Part shown: positions 63,639-64,000 of the stretch, piece after piece | Layout: each line of letters opens with the position of its first letter | How positions within the stretch are numbered: position 1 is the stretch's first letter | Assembly (NCBI RefSeq): GCF_009834535.1 | Contig: NC_045696.1 | Coordinates: forward strand, 82,958,001-83,022,000 | Length of the DNA stretch: 64,000 nucleotides | From: Camelus ferus | Lineage: Eukaryota | Direction of reading: 5' to 3' | Notes under the pieces: generated by a model | The model's database searches: none | Told to the model about the DNA's origin: nothing | What the model saw: only the letters and a program-made list of their open reading frames with translations | Program-made: the position numbers and the translations under genes

Positions 63639-64000
63639 TGTTACTTCTTGTTGCCCCAACCAACCCATCTGGGAAGTTCATGGCCAACTTAGGCACTGGA
63701 TGCAACCCACTGTCCTTTATTCAGACTCTCTGTTGGACTGTAGATCTGAGGCATATATATACTGCCAGCAACTCTTGTATGTACTCCAGCTGGGAATGGG
63801 ACTGACTGAGCTCTCCTTTTTTCCCTCCTCCACCTCTGACCCTCCTTCAGGCCTTTCTTGGTGTTCCTGGCCATCTGCCTGACATCCAGCATTGCTTGCC
63901 TTCTGACAAGACAGAGTGGCTCACCTACCTTCGGAACAACATCAGAGGTGCCAACACAGAGTAGACCAGATGCACCATCCAAAATACCCCTCCATCATTA
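63639..64000 (-). mobile_element. LTR fragment, possibly an ancient mammalian Gypsy-type LTR; runs off the window end
   Basis: On the minus strand a TATA-like TATATATAT (63761-63753) is followed by AATAAA (63721-63716) and a terminal ...GTAACA at 63639, the usual U3-R-U5 order. Family uncertain. Confidence 0.45.

Noticed and set aside
159..63982. Supplied six-frame ORFs (60-123 aa) as protein-coding genes
   Set aside because: Short, often with non-ATG starts, low-complexity or inside repeats. None resembles a protein I know except the decayed ERV RT fragment.

Overview
AT-rich, non-coding eutherian mammalian DNA (intergenic or deep intronic). I recognise no protein-coding gene, RNA gene or CRISPR array. 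The supplied ORFs are chance ORFs, microsatellite read-throughs or decayed retroelement fragments; the only one with clear homology is an ERVL-type reverse-transcriptase remnant at about 7.0-7.45 kb. Much of the window is ancient interspersed repeat (L2, MIR, old L1M, MaLR/MLT, MER21, LTR16 plus ERV internal region, hAT and Tigger MITEs), and I see no young lineage-specific SINE. The most informative part is a repeat-poor block at about 11.3-24.5 kb. It holds a promoter-like motif cluster (20.29-20.58 kb), a plausible minus-strand donor/acceptor pair (20032 to 17480) that could define a spliced lncRNA or small-ORF transcript, a palindromic TTACGTAA (D-box-like) array and an inverted pair of perfect 5' splice-site consensuses. 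A second putative regulatory zone (AP-1 cluster plus a CpG/G-rich patch) lies at about 47-52.4 kb. Repeat family names come from my memory of consensus sequences and their boundaries are approximate. None of the regulatory or transcript calls can be proven from sequence alone, and I found no demonstrable novel system.
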